64,000 nucleotides of DNA from Euglena gracilis (lineage: Eukaryota): NCBI GenBank assembly GCA_039621445.1, contig CP154954.1, forward strand, positions 44,495,847 to 44,559,846, read 5' to 3'. Under the pieces are notes generated by a model. It did no database searches and had not been told where the DNA came from. It worked only from the letters and a program-made list of their open reading frames with translations. Below, one piece after another: positions 1-13,600 of the stretch; position 1 is the stretch's first letter, and every line of letters begins with the position of its first letter. The position numbers and the translations under genes are program-made.

Positions 1-689
1 GGGAGGAGGGTTGCACGGGAAAAGCCACCCTCTCCTGCTCTTTCCTGAGGACGGTTCACCATCAGCGCGTCTTTTAACGACCCCCTCCCCCAGGTTGTCC
101 AGTTCAGAGGCTGGAAAACTCGGGCTGCCGGATGAAGGCTGCTGGTTGACCTTGGGGTGCCAGGCTTGGGCTGGAACTGGGCCCAACCCAGGGTCGAACC
201 GGGAACCCAAATTTCAACACTGCAAAACTCCAAAAAAAAATCTCCAATTGTGCAAAAAGACGATTTTTTTCACCCCAAATTCGTCCTGGCCAGCCCTTTC
301 CGACCCATTTTTGCCCATTTTCGGCCCATTTTTTGAAGCACCTGAAAGCCAAAATTTCATCACCGTCCAGGGTGGCTTGGAACAAATGATAAAACCCGTT
401 GATGGGGGGCGTCTAAGCTGGAAAAAGGCTGGCTGGCTCCTCCCTGGGGGTGGGATCGAATTTTCTTCAACTCACCAATCTTTCTGCATCCCTGGCTGCC
501 GTTCTGTGCCCCCCCCCCCCAAGTGGAAATCACACAAGATGACCATATCCTATTGCCCAGATTGATTCCACTTCCCGCCTGGCCGGAGAACGTCCGTCCA
601 AAATCAGTCATCACGGCCAGAAGGCAGGTCTTCAGCCCATCCCCCATCTCCGGGCCCCGCGATAAAAAAGCCACCCAGCCTGCGGGGCC

Positions 690-823
690 GCAGGGCGCCA
701 TGCCCGCAGGGAGCCGCCCTGCCGGTGGACCATCCAGTCCGCGCACTCCAGCGCCGCCCGGCACGCATGGTACTCGTGGTCCTTGACGGGGGACGGGGCG
801 TTCCAGAAGGCCATGACGCAGTC
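690..823 (-). CDS. Cyclase exon 16 (DCVMAFWNAPSPVKDHEYHACRAALE)
   Basis: Carries the second metal-binding Asp; acceptor CTGccggt|GAC. The 3' boundary is approximate. Confidence 0.85.
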
Positions 824-3800
824 ACCGGCAGGCGATGGGCCGGGGCTTTGTTGTCCAGAAATGCGGGTCTTGAAAAGCAGGGGATGCCAGTGTTCACGGT
901 TTTCAAAAACGACAGAGAAAAGGATGTGGTCGGGAAATAAAAAAAAGCACACAACCAACACCCTTCACAGCCCTCCACCCATTACCCCACAACGATGTCA
1001 TCTCGTTTCTGTGCATTACATCCTTTGATCCTGAATCTCTTTGGTAAAGGAAACGCTTGCTGAAATCAACGGCAAATAACTGCGGACAAAGATCAATCCC
1101 TCGTCCAGGAAACCACGAGTATCAAAGAGAAGCAGGGAGTGAGATGCTTCTCCAGCGGGTCTAACACAGCACTCCAAACTCATGCATATGGTCTGGGGCC
1201 AAGGCCCACCCTGGCCGCCAATGTACTTGTCGATCACCCCGCGGCGCCGCACGATGATGGAGGACAGCTCCTCGAAGAACGCGCCGATGCTCTCCACCAG
1301 CTGGGCCCAGGGATCGGCAACAAACAAAAGCCAGAAAAACAAACGCGAACCGCCACCGAACTACCCTGCATTCAGCCTCAGAACAAAGTGCTCTAATTGT
1401 GCCAAGGGCTGGAGCACTGGTGGGCGTGGATTTACCTCGCCAGGTCGGGAAAAACCGCTGCAGACCATTGTCCTTCAGCAATGCAAAGCCCCAGCAGGGG
1501 GGGGGGGAAGATATTTGCAAAAGGAGGGCATTGCAGGAAGTAATCCATCCGGAGACATTTTTGGTGCACAGGGCGAAGCGCCAAGCTGAAAAACCTGCCT
1601 CCCAAAATGCTTCCTGGAGTCAGTCCCTTCCTGGAGTCAGTCTGGCCCTCCTGGTAGGTGGAGGTTTGGTCCGGACCCCCCTCCAATCTAGGAGGGGGGG
1701 GGGGTGTCAACCCCCATCCTGGACACCCTCCATTGTCCCCAGGATTTGATCCACAAAGCTGTTGGGGGAGGTTGAAAACTCATTGCAAAGAACTGATATG
1801 CCCAATCCCACGGGTAATGGGGTTGGGGAACTCTTCTTCTATTGGTGAAAGTTCGTTCTGCCCTCAACGGCATGCGAAGACCTGACTGGGCCGCATCGGT
1901 GGACTCGGTTAGGTTGGTAAAGTTCTCAATGTCAAGGAAGAACACTGTGGCAGCCGTTGGGGCAGAGGGGGACCAGCAAAATATCTTCAGGAGAATCTCT
2001 TCTCCTATTTGCGACACAAATTGGAAAGAAGACATTACCTTCCCCCCCCCTATGTCCAACGACCGGTAACCTGTCCTCTGACCGGGGGGGGGGGGCGGTC
2101 GTTGAACATAGGGTAGTGACCAAAAAGGTGTCCTCTGACCAGGGGGGATGCCTAACAAGCGGTGCCGGCACCGCTGGGGCACCGCTGGAGCACCGCTTGA
2201 CACCGCTGGGACAGGAACCCATGGACTAATACTGAGGAAAAAAATGCGGGGATTCCCCATAAGGAAGCACGAAAGCATCTCGTTGTGACATAAACATTTG
2301 TGGCCACCAAAAAAACCTGTAAAGAACAAAAGCACATGGAAAAAATTTTGCAAGGGTTCCCCTTAAAAAAAGAAAGCCTTCCGTCCCAGCGGTGTCAAGC
2401 GGTGCCAGCGGTGTCGGCACCGCTTTCTAGGCATCCCCAGGGGGGGTGGTAGTTGGACACAGGGTCGGGGGAAAAAAGTTTGCCGAAACCCCCCCAAACA
2501 GGTCAAAATTTTCCTTCCGGCGCTTCGCGCCCCATTTCCAGCCCTGTCAACAAATATTTCCTCAAAGCACCCAAAACGCACCTTCACGCCGCGGGATTTC
2601 ACAAAACAAAGATACCCAGTCGACAATCCCTGCATTCCATCAACCATCTTCACTGCATCATACAACCTAGCAAACACCCGAAAATGTCATGGTGGAATGT
2701 TGGGAGTGTGGTGAAGCTCCTTCAACAACCGCAAGCACTATCCCCCCGGTGGAGCGCTCGTAATGCACAAAACTCCCGAGAGGGAACATTTTAATGGACG
2801 ATGGGCTGTGGGGTAGAGGACAAGGGCGGAAGAAAAGCATATCAGGGCTGGCAAACCTCCGGTTTTCACACACCTGCATAAAAAAAAACATCAAACCTCC
2901 GAAAAGGTGTCCTCTGACCGGGTGGTCGTTGGACATTGGGGGGTCGTTGGACATAGGGGGGGGTACAAAACGATTGCCCCATATATCTGATGGGTATGAT
3001 CGTGGAGTACAGGGTGACGTATTTCATTGTTGCTGGTCACAAAAACAAGAAAAAGTCGTTTGATTGGGAGCAAGATGGTCAACGCCTGGGTTCTTGTGGT
3101 TGCAGGGGGTCACTACGGTCCCGCCCTGGGGGGCACCATCGAGAAGCCCACCGGCGTGCCGCTCTTCAGGCAGGGTTGCAGGACCTCCACCGGCAGGAAC
3201 CGCGTCGGGGCAGCAGGTGTCTGCCGTGGCCCAGGGGGGCTCCTTTGGTCCTCGGGGGGAACAGACAACTCGTGAGATGTGATTTCGGAAGTTTGGATTT
3301 TTACGTTCTACCCCCCCCCCCCCGTGGGGAACACGTCCACCGGCGCAAGGCAAGAAGACAAACTCCTCCAGGCGGACTTTCCAACGTGAAATAGTTGTCG
3401 ACCGCAGCCATCTTTGAATCTTTTCCCCCCAAAAATGCGTAATGCACCGAAACTTTTTTCCAGTCCATTGCGGCTGTACCAGGCTACACCAACTTTCAGC
3501 GACCCTCCCCTCGGGGGCCTGCAGCCTTGCTGGGAGCTGCTGGTTGGGAAAAAGTGCTCCAGCTGGAGCCCCCCCTAGTCCTTTCCACCAGAAGTGATAC
3601 CCTGGTGGGTATCATATGACGCTCCACTAGAGATTCCATAATTTCTAACAGATTGTGCCAAGCTTCAATTTCGGCAAGAACTGATGAAACTGATCAACAA
3701 ACTGAATTTGTTCTTTGTTTTGGTTCCCAACGATCGATTTCCCAATATAATATTCTACAGTCACAAAACTACACAGTTTATTTTTGGGAGGGTTTCAAGA

Positions 3801-6800
3801 ATGTGACAAGCTGGGCTGGAAACAAGCAATGGCCGCCTGGCCACGGTGTCCAGCATGACGCGCATCTTGGCGAAGGACTCCATCATCAGGCTGAGCTCCC
3901 GCACACAGGTTCCCCGGGGCACGGCAGAGCCCACCACGTCCAGCTCCACACAGCGGTGCATGTCCCGGTTGAAAGGGGGTGCATATATTTGATGCACGGC
4001 GCCAAATGACCCACCGGAGGTCAGCTCCTGGCTGAAACAGAAAAGCTGGCGGGATGGGTGAGGCCGGACCGGCATAAGCAACGACCTGAGAGGCAAAACT
4101 TTGAGATAATTTCTTGTCATCAAATGGTAACTTCCCCTTGTCATCAAATCAACCTTCGCTTTTGCTGAAATGTCGAAATTTCAAGAAATATCTTATAAAA
4201 ATTGCTTTCCTGGAACATGATTTAAAAAAAATTAAAAAAGCACCGGAGAAGGGGTTATAGTTGGACAAATGTCAGTGTTTAGACAAGGGAAGAAGGGAGG
4301 TGACGTGAGCTTAAAGATCCTGGACAGAGTCACCCCCCCCCGACTCCAACGAAACAATCAATCCTGGAAAGTTGACACAAGAGTCAATAAAGCGGGACGG
4401 ACATGGACCATAGCACAAAGACATCCAAAAAACCTGGTGGAGTGTCCAGTGACAAATGTGAAAAACTCAAATGCAAAAATGGTTGACCCCCCTCAAAGTG
4501 GCCATTTTCCTTCGGCACCAAAGGCGCCAAAGGCCAAAATTTGACACCCCCCAAAGCGTCCGCCAAAGCCTCTGCCGCCCCTTTGCCACGCGACCTGCCT
4601 CAGAGGGGAGGCGATCATCTTGTTGGTGAAGAGCACCGCGACGAGGGCCACGGCGGCCAGGCTGGTGACGCTGATGATGACCAGCAGGGCCACCGACCAC
4701 CGGATCGGTCCATCCACTGCGGCGGTGGGACACCTGCGAGTAGTGTGACTCAGCCAGCCAGAAACTTCAAGGTTCCATTTTTTTTTAAAAAAAATGCGAC
4801 ACCATCTGCACTTCTTTGGTGTCATGCTGCATACTCACATCATTGATGTAAAAAGGTTGCAGGTAATTTTCATTCTGGTTTGAGAAGAATCTGATAACTT
4901 GACGCTTTGAAAATTAATTAACCCTGGGCCGACCGAGAAAAAATACAAAAGAAAGACACAAAAAAATTAATATCCACCCCTCCGATGAAAATTTTATGGT
5001 GTCTAAAAAATTTACCATCCCAATCTTGACTGAAAAACAATGAAACATCTCAAACTTTGATATTTTTGGCGCGTCGAAGAAACCTGAAACTGATCTTTTG
5101 GAACCTGAAAAATGAAAAATGATGGTTTTTTTGTTGGGGCCAAGGTTGGTCAAGGAAAAATCTACAAATAAGACCTTCCCAAAATGTAAGACCCCACTAG
5201 AGGTTTCCAGCAACTTAGACGGCCGTAAAGGCACTTAAGGGGTTTCGGGCCCAAAAACCGGATCGTCCGCGGTTTTGGGACCGGCCGTGGTCAAAACCCC
5301 CACTGGGAACGACATGAGCCGAACGCAGGACGCGATGCGGCGCACCTGCGCTCGTGAGGACACGTCCGGCGCGCGCACCTGCGCTTGACCCCAGAATCAG
5401 GCGCAGGTGCGCACGACGGATCAGTGAGATCAGGCGCAGGTGCGCGCGATCCGACCGTGAGATCGTGGCAGGTGCCTGGGTGCTGGGGCCCCGGAACGAG
5501 TGGCGGCAGGGAGGGGACACACTCTGTTTTGAGGGCAACGCCCGCAGAACCCACCAATGGCTGCAGGACCGAGAGTCGGTCTCCGGAGGACTCTGGAACA
5601 CACATCAGGCACACAGGGGCCGCAAGCCCACCGCCGCCGTGTTGGATACCCCCGAGCCAGATGGACCCACACCCAGCACCGAACCGCGCGCACCTGCGCT
5701 CGGGGACACACCCACTTCGGTCGCAGGTGCGCAAGATTGAGGTGTGGACGAGGGACCCCGTGGCGTGTATTGAACGGCCAGGCCAGAGGGGCGATGCATC
5801 CCGCAAGTGTCGTGTGCATGTGCGCGCGTTGGGGACCCCCCTGGTTGTTGCCCACAGCGGCCGCTGTTTGAAACCCGTGGCCGCACACTCACAACGGAAC
5901 GTTCAGGGAGCGGGTGTGTCCCCCTTGGGACGTGCACGCGTGCGTGAGGGAGGGTGGTACAGCCAGGTGAACACGTCCGCTACCAACGCTCAACGGTGGT
6001 CCGGTGCTCGCATTTGCGCTCTGGGGGCAGTGACGACATACGCCACCATCACGGACCCCGAGACGTGGGTCCAAGGGTGACAAGGCAGGGCACGAAGGGA
6101 CCGTGTCCTCAAGCGCAGGTGCGCTCCAGGATGCCCCGCAACCGGCGCTTCGAGACCCTTGCCACGGGCCCACCGGCGCAGCAGATCAGGCCGATGCCGT
6201 CGCAAGGGCCGACCGGAGCAGAGCCGAGGCCTCCTCCACTGGCTGCCCCAGAACAGCGCAAAACACCACCCGGGGTGTCACGTGCGCCACCCACAACACC
6301 CCCGGAGTCCATCGGTGGCACGCATTCGTGACCATTCGGGGTGTTCCATCCGACCTGGAGGGACACCCAGGTCGCCTGCCGTCGTCATCCGGGCGCAGGT
6401 GCGTGGGCACCAGGTGATTTTCCCTCGGAAACTGTGAATACTGCGGTCAGTATGAAACCTGCATGATTTTGACAACCGAAGGGTGCGATGGATGGACACT
6501 GAGATACAGAACCTCCCGGACCAGGTGGGAGGCCCCGGCGGTGCCCGGGACCGGAGTTTGGTGTCTGAAAGTCCCCAAAGGAATTTCCCACGGACGCGAT
6601 GCAAAGCGCGTTTTGAGGACCTTTGCAAAACCCTATGGTATTTTGGGCTTTTCGCAACACGCAAGAATTGACAATTTGCCAAAATTTTGCGTCGCATTTT
6701 ACTGGGTCGAAATGGGCAGGATCCAAATTTGGCGGACCGAAACGACAAAAGTCACAATTTTTCCGTTGTGAGGGGGCGGTTTCCAATCAGTACAGGCAGT

Positions 6801-9800
6801 GGGGTATCGAGAAAATTTCCCCATCCACCGGAGGGCTGCGGAGAGGGGGGTGGCGCCTTCGATTCCGAACTTTGCATCGCCCCATGATTTCACATTGGCC
6901 ATCGATGGAAACGACACTTCCTTGCGTTCTCATTTCCCGGGTGAAAAGGTCTGACGGGTGATGCCCCCAGCCCTTCCTCCCCTGAAGAAGTGGCGACGGA
7001 TTCCGGGGGTCCAGGCTGGGGGACCCAACCACGTGAAATCGGCGGCCCACAAGGAGAAGGGGGAGGGCCATCGGAAAAAGCCAACCCTGACGCCAGTTGC
7101 GGGCGGGGTGTGAGTCCGGCCGCAGACACAAGACCCGGTTTCCTGCTTGTTTAACGCTGCCAGCAACCCTGCCCCGACGACCTCAACCACGGGTGAACCT
7201 CCGCCGCCTGGGGGCTGGGGAGGTTCAGGAGAGAAGACCCGGGAGCTTTCCATTCCCCCGGACAGGGCGCTGGTTGTGGTGGCGTCGGCGGCCGGGGCAC
7301 CGGGTGTGATCCCCGCAGGGATGGAGCGCGTTGGATTGGCGCGCACCTGCGCACAAATCTGCCCCTCCCTGCTCCCCATCTTGAACCCACCCACCGAATG
7401 CATAGGAGGCGCGCAGGTGCGCGCGCACCTGCGCGCGTTCGGGCCCAGCTCCCTCCATTCGGTGACGGCGACAGTCCTCGCCCACCGGCCTCCCACCCTC
7501 CGCCGTCACCGGAGATTTACACACCGCCTGACCGCTGACAGTGGCGGTGCTGCAGCGGCTGCAGGGAGGGGAGCGGCCTCGAGTGGTGTCGGTCGCACCT
7601 GCGCGCACGGTCACGCCCACAACAGGCGTCGCTGCAGTCCTGCCCGGCGGTGCTGCCCGTCCCGGCCACACCCGACCCCTCTGGAGGGCTTGGCCGTGGC
7701 CCCACGGCCTACCAACGGAGCCTGCAAATGCAAAGCCTCCTCCCCCTCAGTCCGGCGAGCGCACCTCCGCCTGACAGCCCCCCCTTGTGCCCTCGCGGGA
7801 ATGCCCTCCCGCCCGGTGGCACATCCCCTGGGAGCACACAATCGCGCGCACGCAGCACTGTCCCACACACAGGGTTGGCTGTAGACTCATGTATGGGGTG
7901 GCTGGTTTGGGTAGCACGCACACGAGGGGGGCTGGTCCGGCACGCTCCCCGCTCCCCTTTCGCACCCCCCCCAATGGGGCAAGGATGGCCCTGTGTGTGC
8001 ACCCGGAATGTGGCCTGGCGGTGAGGTGCCGGCCAGCAGCATGCGACCCACCCTCCCCCCCTTTGGCCCTCCGGTCCCACGACACACTCCTCTCCCGACC
8101 ACACACCTGCGTGGCACTTGTCGGCCGGGACACTTTGTGCGAACGATTGGGCCGTCCCGCCTCACCCGCGTCCAAAACACCCCTCCTTTTGGCAAAGAAA
8201 AAAACCTCACGAAAACGTTCCCCGAGGAGCATGCCGCCGCCACGCTTTCACCCTCGGACTTCGCTGCCCCTCCCTTTTGGCCTTCCCCAGTTGGTCCCAT
8301 TCCCTCTTCCCGCCGGCTGCCCAGCCCCGGCACCCCGTGTTTCCTCGCCCGCCTCCCAACCCGCACTTTTGAGGACATCCCTCCACCCCCCCCCTTGCCC
8401 CCTTGTTTTGTCCTTCACGGCACCCCCCCCCCGCACTTCCGGCCTCGAAAGTGCGCCAAACGCTTTCCGGGGGGTGCCAAAGAATCAAGCGCAGGTGCGC
8501 GCGAGCCGGCAGGAGAAATGCCTTTGTTTCAAAGCGTCCGCGGTCCGCGGCCTGCCGGGCTTTCAGGCACCGTCGGGCATCGATTTTTTTTGATTTCGGC
8601 CGCCGGCGGGGGTTTCAGACACGGCCGGCAACAGTCGGCGGACACCCAAAAACCGACCAAAAAAAAAGCGTCCCGCACGCGGTCTGCCGGGGTGCCCGTA
8701 AACCCCGGTGAACCAAAAACAGCGGGACACAAAAAACGAGACGCCAGCGCCGTCCGGGGTTTCAGGCACGGCCACCCCCAAAACCGCGGACGCAAAATTG
8801 CATTTGGTGTCCTCGCGCGCACCTGCGCCCAAATTGGAAAAAAACCCTTAAGTGCCTTTACGGCCGTCTAAGAGCAACGGACCAAGAAATTTGGGGGAAT
8901 TAAAAAAATAATTAATACGCACTCAAACATGCACAAATATTTCATTGCAACATAATGAATGCTTGTAGACAGCTCATCTAGCCAGCCAGCCATCAATCAA
9001 AAAATAAAGATAAAAGCTGATTAATAAAGATTGAAAATAGCAACTTATCATGGAAGATGGCAAGTATGGCACATATGGGAGTTGAATAGAACCGAAAGAC
9101 ACTCAGTCTGAAGAATTCTCAGCACGTTTTGTTAGAAGTGCCCCACCAGGTTGAACTATGAGGGGTGGCTAGCACAAGATAATAAGGGGTGACATCCCCG
9201 CGGGAGGAAGGCAGGGGTTGATCAAACACAGCGGTCTGGGGAGGGGCTAAGACCACTCTTATGAGAGGCTGCTCTCAGGAAGAAGACACAGGCACTGTCA
9301 CACACACATTCCCTTACCTACAGCAAATATCTGCTTGCACCTTCCCCTGACTCCTGGCATGCAATGCAAAGACAGTGGAGTGTGAATGTTGAAATGCAAG
9401 GTTTCCCTAAAGAGATGCGCAGAACTGCCTCGCGCAAAAAAAAGCTAAATCATCAGCACCAGTGCAAAAAAAAGGCACACGATGAATCAGAAGGATGTGG
9501 CGACACAACCCCGAGTAAAATTTCAATGGAATGCGGATTAATCTGAAAGGGTGGACTGCGCATGCACGGAAGGGTTGGCCAGGGGGAACTGAGACAGCCC
9601 ATCCGTTGGGCGTTGGGGGGGGGGGGAGGGCAGCGACCCCTGGGCGTCACGACACGCTGCCAGCTGATGAGGAAGCTCCCAGTGACCGTTGCCACACTGG
9701 CGGCGGTGGCCTGGGCCTCGGGAGGGGCGGCAAGCGGGGCCAGGGCCTGGTAGGTCTGGGCCACCACGGCACAGTCGGAGCCGGCGGCGGCCACCAGTTG

Positions 9801-10617
9801 CCCGGCGCGGTGGGTGGCGCCAGGGGCCTCGGGGGGGGGGGGGGCTGTCGGGCGAGGTCGGCCGTGCCGGCCTGCCACCCACATGCGGGGCGTCACCCCG
9901 GTAGACGGGACAGTCAGCCAAACTCCACGAACATTCCACCAAGAGCGGGCCGGCAGAGGAGCGACAACACAATCTGGTTGCATTCTCCCAACTTGGGTTT
10001 CCTTTAGGACCCGGGGGTCCCGGCCCCCCACCCCCTTTGGGGGCTTTGAGGGTCGATGTTCGGGACCCAAAGACTCGAGTATGCCAAAAGTCAAGGAAAA
10101 GCCCCCTCCGGGCTTTTCCTACCCACTCAGCCCATACCCGGTGGGTCATCAAAAAAGGCTTTAAAACAATCTCTGCCCCGCCCAAAAAAACTGGCATCTG
10201 AGAGCTTGGACAGCATTGGGACCTTCACAATATCCCTGGCATGGCCCTAGACCCCCAAAAGGAACCGCAATAGACTTCCACTCCAGCAATATGCTCCTGG
10301 CATCAGGCAATCTGACAGTCATGTTGGCCTTCCAGACGAGCAGGTTTCTCCTTGAAGAAGCCAAAGAGAGGGGTTTAGACCAAATCACTTGACAGTGAGC
10401 ATTTTGAGGACTTTTGCATTCGAGCCATTTAATCATTAATCTGATAAACAGCCCCTCACCAAAATTGTCGCATCCAAAAACCACAATACTAAACCCTTTC
10501 AATCCAAAAATGCCAAAAATAACGATACGTTGGAGGAAAATATGGCAGCGAGGGAGGGGATTGGTTGGGTTTGGTCTGCAACGGCTGATTGCGGCTGCTT
10601 AAAAAAAAAAAAAAAAC

Positions 10618-10657
<40 letters not shown>

Positions 10658-13600
10658 GAAAAAAAAAAAAAAGGCCACCCCCCTCAAAAAAAAAAAAAAA
10701 AAAAAACCAAAAAATGATGGCAACTGCAGCGGCCGTGGCCATGCCAGTCAAATCCGGCACCAAAAATGGGGGCACCCCCCAACACCACTTCCCATGGGCC
10801 GTCCTTTTTCTTTGGAGGGTCGGTCATAAGGAGGAAATAATATTTCACAAAAAAAGGTATTTTCTACGTCAGCTTCTGTCTGTTGCAGATTTCTTGGCCG
10901 TTTGAATCCCCATTGGCATCTTTCCCCTCCGCTTGGCGTTCACCCTACCGACCGCTCCCGTCACAAATTGGGAATGGAAAGAGGGGGTCTAGGAAGTGTT
11001 CGAGAGACTTTGACTCTTGAGAGTGAACCTCCATCTGAATGGATCATCACTAAAATGAAAACGATACATCTGATTTAAAGAGCAAAAAATTGGCGTCACT
11101 ATACTCTCTGAATTATTTTCTAAAACATTTTTGCCTTCTCGACATTTTGATGGATGGAGCTAGATGAAGGCTGGGGGGCTGTGATGGAGGAAGCTGATGA
11201 GGGGAAGAAATGCAGGGATAGGTGAGCTGGGCAGCCCAGTGGGCTGGCTAGCCTGCAGCCAGCTGGCCCAGCCTTCGGCTGGCTGGTACAGCCTCCGGCC
11301 GGGCTGGACCCAACGTTATTTCACTCGACCCCCCCCCCTCCCCGGGGGGCTCCCAGCCCGAATTTGGGCTGCTGGCTGGATTTGAGCTGCTGGCTGGCTG
11401 GAGCCCCCCCCCCCCCCGGGGGATAGGGTACCCTCCGGTTTAAGAAAACCCCTGGATGCAAGATACATTCATTTGTGACTCCCAACTGGCAACTGCTCAG
11501 CAGATTGTCAAGCGACTGGCTCAGGCCTCCGTTCAAGCCACTTTGGAGGTGGACGCCTACGGTTCCGGGGAGTCCGCGGAGGGCCCCTGCCCGGCGCCGC
11601 ACGTGGCGGCGATCAGCGTGCCGCGGTCGTCCACGAGGTACGCCGTGGAGGCCCCCGCCGCCCCGCCGCTGAACCGCTGCACCGCGGAGTGGAGCAGCGC
11701 CGCCCAGTCAGCCCCCAGGGCCTCGCCCCCTCTGCTCCTCCGCCCATCCCCTGGCTGAGCAGTGCAGCTGTGGGCAGGGATTTTTTCTAAGACCGGGGGG
11801 AGGGGGTCCCCCCACCCACCCACCCCCTGGGCCCCCAAGAGGGGGGGTCCCGGGGGTCCCACTCAAAAATCGCGAAAAATTCCAAAAATAGCACCTTTTC
11901 AAAAAAATTTTCGCGCCTTCTACACCAAAAAGTATACCACTCCCCGCCTGGGGGGGACCCCCCCCTGGGGGGGACCCCCCCTGGGGGGGGGGGCTCGGCC
12001 GGACCCACCCACCCTACCCCCCCCCCCGGGTCCACGACTTAAAACAACCCTGGCTGTGTGAGTGCTGTGGTGTTGGTCGGAGGCGGTCCGCCAGGCCCTG
12101 GCCCACGTCCTGCATCCACACGAAGTGGATCACGGGGAGGCCGTCCACGCGGGTCATGCGGTACTGCCCCACCTCCGTGAAGGTCAGGGGGATGGCCCCT
12201 CGCGGCCAACCCAGGTGTTGGGCCAAAAAAAGTGATGGTGGATGTGATGGGGGGAGCACACGGCTGGCCGACGGCTGGACGACGGCTGGCCGACGGCTGG
12301 CCGACGGCGTGACGGAAGCCGGGTCAGGTTGTCTATCTCATATGGGTAGCAAATGCCTAATTTGGCGTGATATTGCAAATTTTGAGGACGAAATTCCTAA
12401 TTTCATGTGTAAATTCCTAATTTTGAGTGGTCCTAATTTCATGTGTAAATTCCTAATTTTGAGTGGCAAGTGCCTAATTTTGGGTGTAAAATCCCATTTT
12501 CATGTGGAAAATGCACAATTTTGGCTGGCATGAGTGGCAAATGCATATTTTGCGGTGAAAATTGCTTTCATTTCAGCACCTAATGCCTAAATTTGGTGTG
12601 CAAATGTTTCATGTTGGGTGCCAAATCTTAATTTCGGATGTTCGTTTTGAATTATCTTTCGAATTTTACAAGAGGGGCTACAATTTTGAGTCACTTGAAA
12701 CCATTTCACACAATATTTGAGCCCTTTGTCGTCCATTATTAGGTAAATTTTGCCAGTGGGACACCAGCTGAGCATTTTTTAGTCATTCGAATCCTATGCA
12801 GGCAATAACCGTTCACGATGGATCTAGAATGACCCCCCCCAATAGGCTGAAATGGTCAAAATTGGTCAACAAAAGTCCAAAATCGGCAAAATTGGCAAAA
12901 ATTGACGAAAAATGACTTCAAATGGCGGTGAAATTGTTTTTGCATTGCAAGGCTGTGGCTCGGGTCATTTTCCTGTGAGTCACACGGCTGGCCGACGGCT
13001 GGCCGACGGCGTGCTCCCCCATGATGTAATGATGAGAAATACACGCCCGTATTTGCCTCCCCAAACCGCATCCCTCGCCGGACTCACTCGGCCAGGGAGG
13101 AGGCGCCATGCGTGGGGCACTGCCGTCCGGCCGGTCCTCCTGCCACAGCCACGGCTCCAGCCACTCCGCGGAGCCGTCGCTCATGTTGAAATACTGCTCC
13201 CCCCGGTCGGACGGGGCGTCCCACGTCTCGAGGGTGGCCGGCGGCAGGGGGTCCCGTCGCCCGTGCAACGCTCGTTTGTGTCACCCCCAGTGTGACTACC
13301 GTTTGCCGGGATTCGTTGCAAAAAATTCACCGTCTTCACGGTGTCCTGCAGAACACCCTGGGCCCGAGGTTCCAGTACCGGTCCACATGATCCGGCGCAG
13401 GCAGGTATTTGCTGTCGGCCGCAGAATGTCGGGAGGGGTCCGGAACGTCGGGAAGATGGTGCTGTGGCGAAGACTATCAGGACTGAACGTTTTTTATTAC
13501 CTCCCACAGTAACCTTCCCGAACCCCCCCCCCAACCTGCCAAGGGGTCCGGACTGCCCTGGGGTACCCGGAACCCCCCAAAAGTCCAATTTTTTCCTTGT

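Noticed and set aside
5291-8871. Long overlapping ORFs (up to 292 aa) in the TIR element
   Set aside because: Open in several frames because of high GC; no domain motifs or codon bias recognised.
10600-10715. Poly-A/T tract giving poly-Lys/Phe ORFs
   Set aside because: Low-complexity homopolymer stretch, possibly low-quality consensus.
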